DNA from: Chthoniobacterales bacterium
GTDB lineage: Bacteria; Verrucomicrobiota; Verrucomicrobiia; Chthoniobacterales; DASVRZ01
Length of the DNA stretch: 58,584 nt
Assembly: GCA_038225185.1 (NCBI GenBank)
Contig: JBBRFA010000005.1
Span: forward strand, 1-58,584
Direction: 5' to 3'
Shown here piece by piece: positions 27,977 through 37,696 of this stretch (position 1 is the stretch's first letter; each line of letters starts with the position of its first letter). The position numbers and the translations under genes were made by a program. A model generated the notes under the pieces. The model saw only the letters and a program-made list of their open reading frames with translations, had not been told where the DNA came from and did not search any database.

Positions 27977-28902
27977 GCGTGATTTTTTACCATTTTCGTC
28001 CCGCGCCGGATGGACGACCGTTGACTCCAGCATCGGCAAAAATTCCGCAGGCTTTGCTGGCCGGGTTGGAGTTTGCCTCCGATGCACCGGGAGAGGCTTT
28101 TACGCTGGCGATTATTTTTCCTACTGCAAACGACACGCAGGCTCACAAGCAGCGGGCCGATGCCGCCTGGCTGGTCTCGGATGCCTCGGGCAGGGTGAGC
28201 GGGAATCAGGTGGCCACAGCCCGATCGTTAAGCTGTTCGGCGTTGTTCGGGACCGATCCTGGTTTGAAAACATTTGCCACGACCGAGGTGCCCGCGTTTC
28301 AAGTGCTCAATTATCCCGGAATGCCACAGCCTGTGGCCGAAAGCGCCAGCAAAATTTTTCCCGTGGGCCTGATTGGCCCTGAATCGATGTTCCACCCGGG
28401 AGAAGTGGGCGAAGGCCGTTGGAGTCGGATGCAGATTGAATCGATCTCGCAAACTTTCCCGACGTTGAGCTGGCGGACGGATGCGAGGGGGCAGTTTTCC
28501 CATGCCGCACGACTTCTGCGGGCCCAGTGTCAGTTGGTTTTTGTCGCAGGCGAACCGTTGGAAGTCTTTCGTCCGGAGACTCTCGATATCGCCTTCGATG
28601 GTGGATGTATCGTTACGACGCCCAATGTCACCTTGCAAAAACTGGGCTTTATTCATCGGGAAAACTGCCTTCTCGTCACTCCGGCCGACGCGATTTCGGA
28701 ATGCATCGCCCTGCTCCAGGATCCGGTGTTGTTGGAAAAAATTTCCCGCCAGGCGCAGACTTTGGCCGGAGAAATTCTCGACATCTCCGCTCGTGGCTGG
28801 TTGCTCGACTGGCGGCAGGCGACGCGGGCCGGAAAAACATTTTCGCCCGATGCCCCGCCGGAGCCGCCGGCAAAACCGCCCTGGTGGGAACGCTTGTTCT
28901 AA
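27973..28902 (+). CDS. Degenerate paralog of the CgeB-like glycosyltransferase
   Basis: LDIAFDGGCIVT..N..LQKLGFIHRENCL..LLQDPVLLEKISRQ aligns with the previous gene; ATGA overlap. Confidence 0.6.
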   Translation: MSVIFYHFRPAPDGRPLTPASAKIPQALLAGLEFASDAPGEAFTLAIIFPTANDTQAHKQRADAAWLVSDASGRVSGNQVATARSLSCSALFGTDPGLKTFATTEVPAFQVLNYPGMPQPVAESASKIFPVGLIGPESMFHPGEVGEGRWSRMQIESISQTFPTLSWRTDARGQFSHAARLLRAQCQLVFVAGEPLEVFRPETLDIAFDGGCIVTTPNVTLQKLGFIHRENCLLVTPADAISECIALLQDPVLLEKISRQAQTLAGEILDISARGWLLDWRQATRAGKTFSPDAPPEPPAKPPWWERLF

Positions 28903-28905
28903 CTA

Positions 28906-29784
28906 TTAAGCCTCTTTGCGCTTGCTGAACCAGAGGCCGATGGCAAAGATGAGCAGCAACAAAGTGCCGAGCGCCGCGCCAAATGGCGGATTGTTAGCTC
29001 CCGAAAATTGTTTGTAGATCACATCCCCGATCATTTGCTGGCTGCCGCCTCCCATCAGACCGCTGATGGCAAACATGCCCAGCGAAGGAATAAAAACCAG
29101 CATCACCCCGGCCACGATGCCTGGTTTGGTGAGGGGAATGATGACATTGGAAAATGCGCGCACGGGACCAGCCCCCAGATCGTAGGCGGCCTCAACGAGG
29201 GCGTTGTCGAGTTTTTCGGCGCTGCCGTAAATCGGTAGAATCATGAACGGGAGATAGTTATAGACCAGGCCAAGGATGACGGCGCCGGGCGTGTATAACA
29301 TTTCCAGCGGTTCGGAGATGACTTGTGCCCAGAGCAGAAAGCCATTGAGGAGGCCTTGCTCGGAGAGAATGGAAATCCAGGAGTAGGTGCGTATGAGAAA
29401 ACTCGTCCAAAAGGGAATCATGACTAACATCATGAGAATGTTCCGCATTTTTTCCGGGGAACGCCCGATAAAATAACCCACCGGATACCCGAGAATGAGG
29501 CAGATGACGGTGGTGAGGAAGGCGAACCAAATGGAGCGTCCGAAAATCTCTGGATAAGGTGCCTGGAAGGCGCGGGCGTAGTTGTCGGTGTTGAAGTCGA
29601 AAACGATTTGCCCGATGCCGCTGCGATCGCAAAAAGAGGCGACGACCAGTAGAAGCGTGGGGACGATGACAAAGAGCGACAGCCAGAGCAGGAGAGGCGA
29701 CACCGAGAACCACGGCCCGGGACCGGGCCGTGGTTTTAAGGTGGCGGAATCGTCCGCGCCTCCGTTGTCAGGTGCTCCGGCCAT
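28906..29784 (-). CDS. potB: Spermidine/putrescine ABC transporter permease PotB
   Basis: IPFWTSFLIRTYSW, YLPFMILPIY, EAAYDLGA, PLTKPGI. Confidence 0.9.
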   Translation of the reverse strand: MAGAPDNGGADDSATLKPRPGPGPWFSVSPLLLWLSLFVIVPTLLLVVASFCDRSGIGQIVFDFNTDNYARAFQAPYPEIFGRSIWFAFLTTVICLILGYPVGYFIGRSPEKMRNILMMLVMIPFWTSFLIRTYSWISILSEQGLLNGFLLWAQVISEPLEMLYTPGAVILGLVYNYLPFMILPIYGSAEKLDNALVEAAYDLGAGPVRAFSNVIIPLTKPGIVAGVMLVFIPSLGMFAISGLMGGGSQQMIGDVIYKQFSGANNPPFGAALGTLLLLIFAIGLWFSKRKEA

Positions 29785-29795
29785 GTGCGGGAAGG

Positions 29796-30830
29796 TTAGT
29801 CGGCCCGGAGATCGGTGACGAGGGCATCGACATCGGAGGCGAGTTTGCCGATGTCTTTAAAGAGCTTGAGTTTGGCGGCGTCTTCCGCTGGCGGGAAGCT
29901 GGCAGGATTGGCCAGATCTTCGGGCGACAACAATTTACGCGCCTCCAGATTGGGGTTGGTGTAAGGGAAGTCGGCGGAGATCAAGGCGCTGATTTCGGGT
30001 TGCAAAATAAAGTTGATGAATTTCTCGGCGTTGGCCTTGTTTTTGGATTTTTTGGGAACGGCCAGGCTGTCGATAAATTGATGGGAACTTTCCTTGGGCA
30101 CGACCCATTTGAATTTTTTATCCTCGCGCAGGAGCAAGGCGCCTTCTCCGCTCCAGACGAGACCGAGATCGGTGTCGCCATTGAGCAACGAAGTCTTGGG
30201 ACTGTCGGAATCATAGACTTTGACCAAGGGCAACCATTTGGCGAGAACGCCGCGGGCTTTTTCGAGGTTTTCCGTGGTGATATCGTTGAAGGGGATGCCG
30301 AGTGAACCGAGAGCGGCGCTGACCAATTCGCGGGCGTCATCGAGCACGACGATGCGACGTTTGTATTTTTCCTGGAATAAATCGGCGTAACCTGTGATGG
30401 GTTCCTTGATTTTAGCGGTGTTAACCACGATGCCGACCGAGCCGACCATCCAGGGCACGCTATATTTGTTGGCAGGATCGAAACTTAGGTTGAGGTATTC
30501 GGGCGCGATATTTTTGAGGTTGGGAATGGCGGAGAGATCGAGTGGCTGGAGGAGGTTTTCCTTGATCAACGCCTCGATGGTGTATTCGCTGGGCTGGATG
30601 AGATCGTAGGAGCCGCCGCTGACGAGTTTGGCGAGCATTTCCTCGTTGGAGGCATAGTTTTCCAGGGAGACCTTGATGCCGGTGGATTCCTGAAATTTAT
30701 CGATGACGGCCTGCGGAATATATTCCGACCAGCTAAAGATGCTGAGAGTGCCCTGGGCAAATGCACCGCTGATGGTGAGCAGCCAGCAGAAGGCAGCGAG
30801 GATGAGGTGTGGGATGCGTGGTGTTTTCAT
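29796..30830 (-). CDS. potD: Spermidine/putrescine ABC transporter substrate-binding protein
   Basis: WSEYI, SNEEMLAKL, YDLIQPSEY, FDPANKYSVPW, LDDARE, WSGE. Confidence 0.9.
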   Translation of the reverse strand: MKTPRIPHLILAAFCWLLTISGAFAQGTLSIFSWSEYIPQAVIDKFQESTGIKVSLENYASNEEMLAKLVSGGSYDLIQPSEYTIEALIKENLLQPLDLSAIPNLKNIAPEYLNLSFDPANKYSVPWMVGSVGIVVNTAKIKEPITGYADLFQEKYKRRIVVLDDARELVSAALGSLGIPFNDITTENLEKARGVLAKWLPLVKVYDSDSPKTSLLNGDTDLGLVWSGEGALLLREDKKFKWVVPKESSHQFIDSLAVPKKSKNKANAEKFINFILQPEISALISADFPYTNPNLEARKLLSPEDLANPASFPPAEDAAKLKLFKDIGKLASDVDALVTDLRAD

Positions 30831-30878
30831 GGTGTTATGGTGGTGGTGTTTTCCTTGTGTTGTGGGTTGATGTTAGTG

Positions 30879-31724
30879 TTAGCGAAGACCGCGTTTGCGG
30901 AAAAATTCGGCGAGCACCACGAGCAGGGCGGTGGCGGCGATAAAGAGTGTGCTGAGTGCATTTAGCTGGGGGTCGAGGCCTTTTTTCACCATGCCATAGA
31001 CTTTGATGGGCAGGGTGGCGGCTTCCGAGGAATAGGTAAAGACCGTAACGAGATATTCGTCGAGAGAGAGGGTAAAGGACATCAGGGCGCCGGAGATGAT
31101 CGCGGGCATCAGGTAGGGCACGATGACCAGCCAGAAGGCGCGAAAAGGTTTGGCTCCCAGATCTTGAGCAGCTTCTTCCAGCGAAGGGTCGAGGCTGTCG
31201 AGGCGCGCTTGCACGGCGATGAGAACGAAAGGAAAACAAAACGTGGTGTGCGCGACGATGACCGACCAGTAACCGAGAGGAAAACTAATTGAGAGAAACA
31301 ACAGACGCAGGCTGGCGCCCATGAGGACTTCGGGAATCACCATGGGAATGAAAATCAACAAGCCTAACAAACGTCGGGCGGGGAAACGATAGCGATGCAA
31401 AAGCCAGGCGCCCGCAGTGCCGAGCAGGGTGGCAAACAGGGTGACGGCAAGAGCGATGATGAGGCTGTTTTTAAAGGATTGGATGAGAACGGTGTTCTCG
31501 AAAAGCGTGCGATACCATTCCAGGGTGAAACCTTTCCAACGAATGTTGAGTTTGCTGTCGTTAAACGAATAAACCGTCAGCAACAGGATCGGCAGATAGA
31601 GAAAAACGAAGACAAGCAGGGTCCACGAGCCAAAGAGCCACCGCATCAATTGCGGTCCGGCTGGCAAGCCAGACACTTTGAGAGGCCCTTTGTTATTCCC
31701 GGTGGTAAGTGTCGCGTCTGACAC
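30879..31724 (-). CDS. potC: Spermidine/putrescine ABC transporter permease PotC
   Basis: FLYLPI..YSFN, WKGFTLEWY, LEEAAQDLGA, FTLSLDE, PQLNALST. Confidence 0.9.
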   Translation of the reverse strand: MSDATLTTGNNKGPLKVSGLPAGPQLMRWLFGSWTLLVFVFLYLPILLLTVYSFNDSKLNIRWKGFTLEWYRTLFENTVLIQSFKNSLIIALAVTLFATLLGTAGAWLLHRYRFPARRLLGLLIFIPMVIPEVLMGASLRLLFLSISFPLGYWSVIVAHTTFCFPFVLIAVQARLDSLDPSLEEAAQDLGAKPFRAFWLVIVPYLMPAIISGALMSFTLSLDEYLVTVFTYSSEAATLPIKVYGMVKKGLDPQLNALSTLFIAATALLVVLAEFFRKRGLR

Positions 31725-31809
31725 AAGGGCAACTTTCGTTTTTTAACCGCAAGTCTGTCAACCAGGAAACTTAAAAAACTTCTCGCGCCAATAAATGTGG
31801 GCGCGCTGG

Positions 31810-32145
31810 CTATTTACGCCAGTTGCCGAGCAAAACCTGCGAGCGCACCCAGTCCAGATACGGGGCGGAACCGTCGGTTACTTCTAAAAAAATGCATTCG
31901 GCCACCTCGGCGGGGTGAAGTTCCAATAATCGCTGCTGGAAACGTCCGCGATGGATGGCCGAGGTTTTAAAAATGCCGAGCACTTCGTGTTCCTCGACTA
32001 ATTCGCCCTGCCAATGGTAGATGGATTCGATGGCTGGCACCAGATTGACGCAGGCAGCGAGGTGTTCGCCGACAAGTTCGCGAGCGATGGCCCGGGCAGT
32101 CTCCCCATCGGGAAAAGTGACAAATGCAACGACGACGCCAGACAT
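31810..32145 (-). CDS. cutA: Divalent-cation tolerance protein CutA
   Basis: LAACVNL, SIYHWQG, LHPAEV, YLDWV. Confidence 0.92.
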   Translation of the reverse strand: MSGVVVAFVTFPDGETARAIARELVGEHLAACVNLVPAIESIYHWQGELVEEHEVLGIFKTSAIHRGRFQQRLLELHPAEVAECIFLEVTDGSAPYLDWVRSQVLLGNWRK

Positions 32146-32153
32146 GGTTTTTC

Positions 32154-33254
32154 CTAACTATGCAGGACCACAGCGGCGGGTTGACGACAAATCCAACCAC
32201 CGCCCACGACGATGTCGCCTTGATAAAAAACTGCGGCCTGTCCCGGAGTGACGGCTTTTTGCGGGCTATGCAGGCGCACGCGGGCTGTGCCGTCGCCCTG
32301 GGGATAGACCGTGGCGTCGGCGCCGGGATGTGCGTAGCGGATTTTTACGTTGACGTCGATTGGCTCGTTGATTTCGCCCTGGCTTATCCAATTGATGCGG
32401 TCGATCTCGAATTGCTCGGCGACGAGATCCTCGGCTTCTCCGACGATGACGCTGTTGGTGTCGGGATCGATATCGATCACATACATGGGGCGCGGTGAAC
32501 CGCCGGGAAGACCTTTGCGCTGGCCGATGGTGAACATTTCGATGCCTTCGTGCGGGGCGATGTAATTACCTGCCTTGTCGTAAATGCCGCCGGTATGAAA
32601 TTCTTTTTCGCCCAAATGCCCGCGCAGAAAGGCTTTATAATCGTTCCCGGGAACGAAACAGATTTCCTGGCTATCGACTTTATCGGCAACACGCAGGCCG
32701 AGTTGACGTGCGATGGCGCGGATTTCGGGTTTGGACATGCCGCCCAGCGGAGTGAGGGCATGGGAGAGTTGCTCTTGTTTGAGGCTGAAAAGGAAGTAGG
32801 ACTGATCTTTTTTCGGATCGATGCCTTTGCGCAGGACGGCGCGGTCGGGATGATGCTCGATGATGGTGTAATGCCCGGTGGCGATGTAATCGCAGCCCAA
32901 GGCGCGCGCCTTGGTCCAGAGATTGCCAAATTTGAGCTTTTCGTTGCACATGACGCACGGATTGGGGGTGCGCCCGGCCTGATATTCGCTGGAAAAATAT
33001 TCGATGATAAGCTGCTCGAACTGATTGGATTCATCCACGACGTAATGCGGAATGCCCAAGGCATGGGCGACTCCCCGGGCGTCGGCGATGGCGGAGGGGC
33101 CGCAGCATTTGTCTTCCGCGCGCGAGATGCAATCCTGAGGCCAGACTTTCATGGTGACGCCGACGACATCGTAGCCCTGCTCTTTGAGCAGATGGCCGCA
33201 GACGGAGCTATCGACTCCGCCGCTCATGCCGAGTAGGACGCGTTTTTTTTTCAT
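32154..33254 (-). CDS. mnmA: tRNA 2-thiouridylase MnmA
   Basis: MSGGVDSSV, GRTPNPCVMCN, ATGHY, KDQSYFL, DSQEICF, TIGQRKGL, TPGQAAVFY; start MKKKRV at 33254. Confidence 0.97.
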   Translation of the reverse strand: MKKKRVLLGMSGGVDSSVCGHLLKEQGYDVVGVTMKVWPQDCISRAEDKCCGPSAIADARGVAHALGIPHYVVDESNQFEQLIIEYFSSEYQAGRTPNPCVMCNEKLKFGNLWTKARALGCDYIATGHYTIIEHHPDRAVLRKGIDPKKDQSYFLFSLKQEQLSHALTPLGGMSKPEIRAIARQLGLRVADKVDSQEICFVPGNDYKAFLRGHLGEKEFHTGGIYDKAGNYIAPHEGIEMFTIGQRKGLPGGSPRPMYVIDIDPDTNSVIVGEAEDLVAEQFEIDRINWISQGEINEPIDVNVKIRYAHPGADATVYPQGDGTARVRLHSPQKAVTPGQAAVFYQGDIVVGGGWICRQPAAVVLHS

Positions 33255-33315
33255 GGAGAAAAAGAGAGTAGCATAAAACAAGCCGCTGTCATCCGCCGGC
33301 TGGGGCAGGAGTTTA

Positions 33316-33891
33316 TTATTCGGCGAGAAAATTTCGGCGAAGAATGTCGCCGTTGCTGCTTTGGGGAAAACGAACGAGAAAATCGCGGGCGATGGCGCTG
33401 GCTTTGACGGGATCTTTAATGACCTCGGCGTAAAGTGTGGCCTGGTTAAAGAGGCTGAACTCGTGGTTGGGATCTTGTTTTTGTGCGATGAGATATTGTT
33501 CCAGGGCATCGTCGGCGCGTCCGAGGAATCGATAGCAATTGCCGAGATCGGTGCGCACATTGGGATTATCGGTGCCAGCGGCGAGCGCTTTTTCGTAAAA
33601 GGCGGTGGCCTCGGCCCAATGGCGGCGGTCGTAATGCCAGTTACCTGCTTCGACGAGGCCGGGAGGCGGCGTGGCGGTGTTGTCGTGATTGTGGCCCTCG
33701 TGGCTGGAGGCGCCGGGAGTGAAAACGGGAGTTTCCACTGGTTTAGTGCCCGAAACCAGCCAGACCACGAGTCCGCCCGTGAGCAAAGAGGAAAGAAGGG
33801 CGACGCCGAGGCTGGCCAGAATGAGTTTGCGCGGGGACCATCCGCCCATGGGATCAGAAGAAGGTCGCGATTCGGGCTGTGTAGGTTTCAT
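33316..33891 (-). CDS. Membrane-anchored TPR protein with His-rich linker
   Basis: TM helix, HEGHNHD, TPR motifs (YEKAL..NVRTDLGNCY). Confidence 0.8.
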   Translation of the reverse strand: MKPTQPESRPSSDPMGGWSPRKLILASLGVALLSSLLTGGLVVWLVSGTKPVETPVFTPGASSHEGHNHDNTATPPPGLVEAGNWHYDRRHWAEATAFYEKALAAGTDNPNVRTDLGNCYRFLGRADDALEQYLIAQKQDPNHEFSLFNQATLYAEVIKDPVKASAIARDFLVRFPQSSNGDILRRNFLAE

Positions 33892-34479
33892 TTACTGGAG
33901 AAAGAGGCCGATCCCGACCAGAGCGATGGTGCCACCAGCCAGACGCAGCCATTGAGTTTGGCCGATTTTGGCCAGAGCGACGCCCAAACCGATCCCGCCA
34001 AGGTGAAGAGCGGCGGTGGAAAGCAGAAACCCGACATTATAAGTAAGAGCCGAGACCGCGTGTGGTGTCTCAACGGTATGAGCGAATCCGTGGAAAACCG
34101 CAAGAGTGCCCACCACGACGGCGGTTTGCCAGACCGGCAGACGCACCGCCAGGGCGACGACCACGCCCAGGATGAGCACGGAACTTAAGATGCCGAGTTC
34201 GAACTGAGGCAGGTTCCAACCAGTGAGACCGAGCAAACCACCGAGCGACATCATGCCTATGAAAGCTAACGGCACAGCCCAGAGAGCGCGTCCGCCGCGT
34301 TGCACTGCCCACAATCCCACGGCGAGCATGGCCAGGAGATGATCCAGCCCGGAGATCGGATGCTCCAATCCATGAATGAAGCCTGCGGAATGGGCCCCCG
34401 AATGGGCCAGGGCAAGGCTGGGTGACAAAACCATTGCCAACAAAAACCAGCGACGAGGAAGAGAAGAACCATGCAACAT
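33892..34479 (-). CDS. HupE/UreJ family metal (Ni/Co) permease
   Basis: signal+AH, GLEHPISGLDHLLAMLAVGLW, FHGFAH, ALHLGG. Confidence 0.93.
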   Translation of the reverse strand: MLHGSSLPRRWFLLAMVLSPSLALAHSGAHSAGFIHGLEHPISGLDHLLAMLAVGLWAVQRGGRALWAVPLAFIGMMSLGGLLGLTGWNLPQFELGILSSVLILGVVVALAVRLPVWQTAVVVGTLAVFHGFAHTVETPHAVSALTYNVGFLLSTAALHLGGIGLGVALAKIGQTQWLRLAGGTIALVGIGLFLQ

Positions 34480-34608
34480 GATGGGGGGACGGTAACTTCA
34501 ATGGACAGACGGTCAAGTGCCGACCATCTCATTGGGTAAAAAGTAAGTGGGGAATTCCGTCCGGCGCAACTTGCGTTTGTGGGGTGGAACAGCCAAAGTG
34601 CTTGTTCC

Positions 34609-36369
34609 ATGGATACCGAACCTACACCCGCCAAAAAACCTCCACTCCGCACGGTTTTTCGGGTTCTTACCTACGTAAAACGATATCCTTGGATGGCCAC
34701 GGGGACGATTCTCTGCGCGATTGCCTCGACTTTGCTGGTGGTGGTTTTTCCCACGGTGACGCAGCGGGTGATCGATCAGGCCATCCTGGGAGGTAAACCC
34801 GAGTTGCTCTGGCCGCTGGTGCTGGTGGGGCTGGCTGCATTTTTTTTACAGGATATCTTCAACGGATTGCGCATCATGCTGAACAATGTTTTCGAGCAAA
34901 AAGTGATCTTCGATCTTCGCAGCGATCTTTACGAACACATCCAGCGGCTGCCTTTGCAATGGTTCGATAACCGTTCCACGGGGGATATTATGACCCGTAT
35001 TTTGGAGGACGTGAACTCGGTCGAGCGAGTGTTGATCGATGGGATCGAGCAGGGAACGGTGTCTATTTTGCAGATTTTAATCATTGGGGCAATGATGTTT
35101 TCCACCCAGCCTGCGCTGGCGGCACTGGCACTGGCGCCGGTGCCGTTTTTGGTCGCCGGCGCCCTGGCTTACACGCTCACGGCCCACAAACGTTACCGTC
35201 AGCAGAGAAAGGCTTCATCGGCCATGAATTCGCTTTTGCACGATAATCTGGCCGGGATTCGTCAAATCAAAACTTACGTGCGCGAAAGTGAGGAGCATGC
35301 TCATTTCAATAAAATTAGCGCCCAGTTACAGCAGGCGACACTCGTAGTTATGAAAACTTGGGCGTTGTATCAGCCTTCGATGAGTTTTTTTACATCGTGC
35401 GGACTTATTTTGCTGCTCGCTTTTGGGGGGCAGGCAGTTTTGGCCGGCACCTTTTCCGTGGGGGAATTTACCGCGTTTTTAATCTTGTCTCGCTATCTTT
35501 ACGAGCCGATTGGGCGGTTGCATTCGCTTAATCAACTCATTCAATCGGGCCGCGCTGCCGGGGAACGGGTGTTTGAAATCCTCGACACCCCGACGGAACT
35601 CGGGGCGGCAGATGTGGATACCGGGGAACGGGTGCGCGGCGAGGTGATGTATCGCAATGTCAATTTTTCCTACTCCGACGAGATGCCGACCTTGCGTCAC
35701 ATCTCGCTGCATGCCCGGCCCGGCGAAACGATTGCCCTGGTGGGGGCGACAGGAGCGGGAAAATCGACTTTAATAAACTTGCTCACGCGCTTTTATGAAT
35801 TTGACTCGGGGAGCATCGAGATCGATGGACGCGCATTGGCCGATTATTCCAAGGCCGACTTGCGAGTGAATATCGGGGTGGTCACCCAGGAGAGTTTCCT
35901 TTTTAACGGTTCGATTCGGGAAAATCTTCTCCTTGGAAAGCCGGGGGCGGGCGATGCGGAATTGGAAGAAGCTGCGCGCAATGCCAATGCCTGGGGCTTC
36001 ATCGCGCGATTGCCCGAAGGTCTCGCCACCAAAGTGGGCGAGCGCGGAGTCAAGCTGAGCGTGGGCGAAAAACAACGTATCTCCATTGCGCGTGCCTTGC
36101 TCAAGGATCCGCCGATTTTAATCCTCGATGAAGCCACCGCCAGCGTGGATACGGAGACGGAACGGGAGATTCAGCAGGCCCTGGAACGGTTGCTGGGCAC
36201 GCGGACGAGCTTCGTTATTGCCCACCGCCTGAGCACGGTGCGTCATGCCACGCAGATTTTGGTCCTGGACCAAGGCCGCATCGTGGAACGAGGCACTCAC
36301 GATGAATTAGTGGAGGCAGGAGGAGTTTATGCCCGGCTAAGCGCGACGAGTCTGATCGGTGCGGCGTGA
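34609..36369 (+). CDS. ABC transporter, fused permease/ATPase (MsbA/MdlB-like exporter)
   Basis: TM domain, GATGAGKST, LSVGEKQR, ILDEATASVD, IAHRLST. Confidence 0.95.
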   Translation: MDTEPTPAKKPPLRTVFRVLTYVKRYPWMATGTILCAIASTLLVVVFPTVTQRVIDQAILGGKPELLWPLVLVGLAAFFLQDIFNGLRIMLNNVFEQKVIFDLRSDLYEHIQRLPLQWFDNRSTGDIMTRILEDVNSVERVLIDGIEQGTVSILQILIIGAMMFSTQPALAALALAPVPFLVAGALAYTLTAHKRYRQQRKASSAMNSLLHDNLAGIRQIKTYVRESEEHAHFNKISAQLQQATLVVMKTWALYQPSMSFFTSCGLILLLAFGGQAVLAGTFSVGEFTAFLILSRYLYEPIGRLHSLNQLIQSGRAAGERVFEILDTPTELGAADVDTGERVRGEVMYRNVNFSYSDEMPTLRHISLHARPGETIALVGATGAGKSTLINLLTRFYEFDSGSIEIDGRALADYSKADLRVNIGVVTQESFLFNGSIRENLLLGKPGAGDAELEEAARNANAWGFIARLPEGLATKVGERGVKLSVGEKQRISIARALLKDPPILILDEATASVDTETEREIQQALERLLGTRTSFVIAHRLSTVRHATQILVLDQGRIVERGTHDELVEAGGVYARLSATSLIGAA

Positions 36370-36387
36370 TTTTTTTCTCAGGAAAAC

Positions 36388-37452
36388 TCAGGCTTTGCGG
36401 CGTCGTTTCCCAAATAGGAGCAGGCTGCCCAGCATCCCGAGAGAGGCAACGGTAGGCTCGGGAACGAGAGTATAAACCACCGCGCCGGTCGCCACCATAT
36501 CGACATCATTGCTAAAACCGGAATTGGTGAGCCAGTTGGTGGTGTCAAGCCAGTTTACAATTTGAACGCTATTCGTGGGACCGTCCTCGCCCAGCACGGC
36601 GTAACCGAAAATGGTGGTGCCAGCAGACACGAGGTCGGTGGTTTTTACAAATACCCCTGCCACGCCTTGAGGACCGATGTTGGCATTGTTCATCGTATCC
36701 AATTCCGGTCCGGCAGCGGTGGAATAACGGAATACATCGTAACGCTGCGAGGCCAGTCCGGTTCCCACACCTCCATTATTGTAGGAATCTTCGCCGATGA
36801 GGATGGCATCGCTGAACGCTGTCGGCACGCCGTTGGAGTCGATGCCCGTGACGGCGGCGATTTTGAAGCCGCCATTGGCTCCGGAGCTTGGCGATCCTGG
36901 ACCACGTCCACGCTCAAAAACGGCAAATCCTGTGGTGCTCGATGCTTGGAAACCGAGGCTAAACAAAAAATCCATCCGCTCCACATTGTTCACCACGTCT
37001 CCCACGTTGGCGCTCTGGTTCACAAAAAGATTTTCCGTGCCCGATAGAATGTTTCGCGAAGTGAACAACGCATCCATGGTATTTAAATACCGCCCGCTGA
37101 CGGTATGTGTGGTGCCGCTCACGGAGATGGCTGCATTCCAGGCTGCGGTTTGCGAAGGATTGGTCTGCGGAAAAGTGCTTGCCGCATTATTTCTGCGTGC
37201 CACTGCCTGACCCACCACGGTCGGTGCATAAATATCGCCTGCTGCGATGAAACTATCGATGCGCCGCTCGATGCCGTTGTAAGTAACCGTAAATGGACCG
37301 CCAGTTCCGCTTACGCCATTGCGCAGGAGAGGATCCGTCACCACTAGATCGATGATATTGACGGAGGTGATCGAAGTTTGTGCTTGAGCCTGACCGCAAA
37401 GCGAGATCAGAACGGCCAGAGTGATAAAGGGAAAAATAAAACGGGAAGACAT
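36388..37452 (-). CDS. PEP-CTERM exosortase-dependent surface protein
   Basis: Signal peptide ending AQA, C-terminal VPEP + TM + RRRKA. Confidence 0.9.
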   Translation of the reverse strand: MSSRFIFPFITLAVLISLCGQAQAQTSITSVNIIDLVVTDPLLRNGVSGTGGPFTVTYNGIERRIDSFIAAGDIYAPTVVGQAVARRNNAASTFPQTNPSQTAAWNAAISVSGTTHTVSGRYLNTMDALFTSRNILSGTENLFVNQSANVGDVVNNVERMDFLFSLGFQASSTTGFAVFERGRGPGSPSSGANGGFKIAAVTGIDSNGVPTAFSDAILIGEDSYNNGGVGTGLASQRYDVFRYSTAAGPELDTMNNANIGPQGVAGVFVKTTDLVSAGTTIFGYAVLGEDGPTNSVQIVNWLDTTNWLTNSGFSNDVDMVATGAVVYTLVPEPTVASLGMLGSLLLFGKRRRKA

Positions 37453-37696
37453 AAATAAACTTTTGCAAAAAAAACACGGAGATAGGCAAATAATTTTTAA
37501 TTGGCTAGTCGAATAATGAAAAACCCTTATTAAAAATAACTTTTTTGAGAAATTGTCGCGAAAAGTCCAGTATGGATAAAAAAAACCATTAAACATCGGG
37601 CTGATTGCTGTAGTTATCACAAATTTTACTGGGTTGCGCCGACAAACTAAGATATGGCACATGAGATGCTACTGCGGCACGTGCCAACAACCTATC

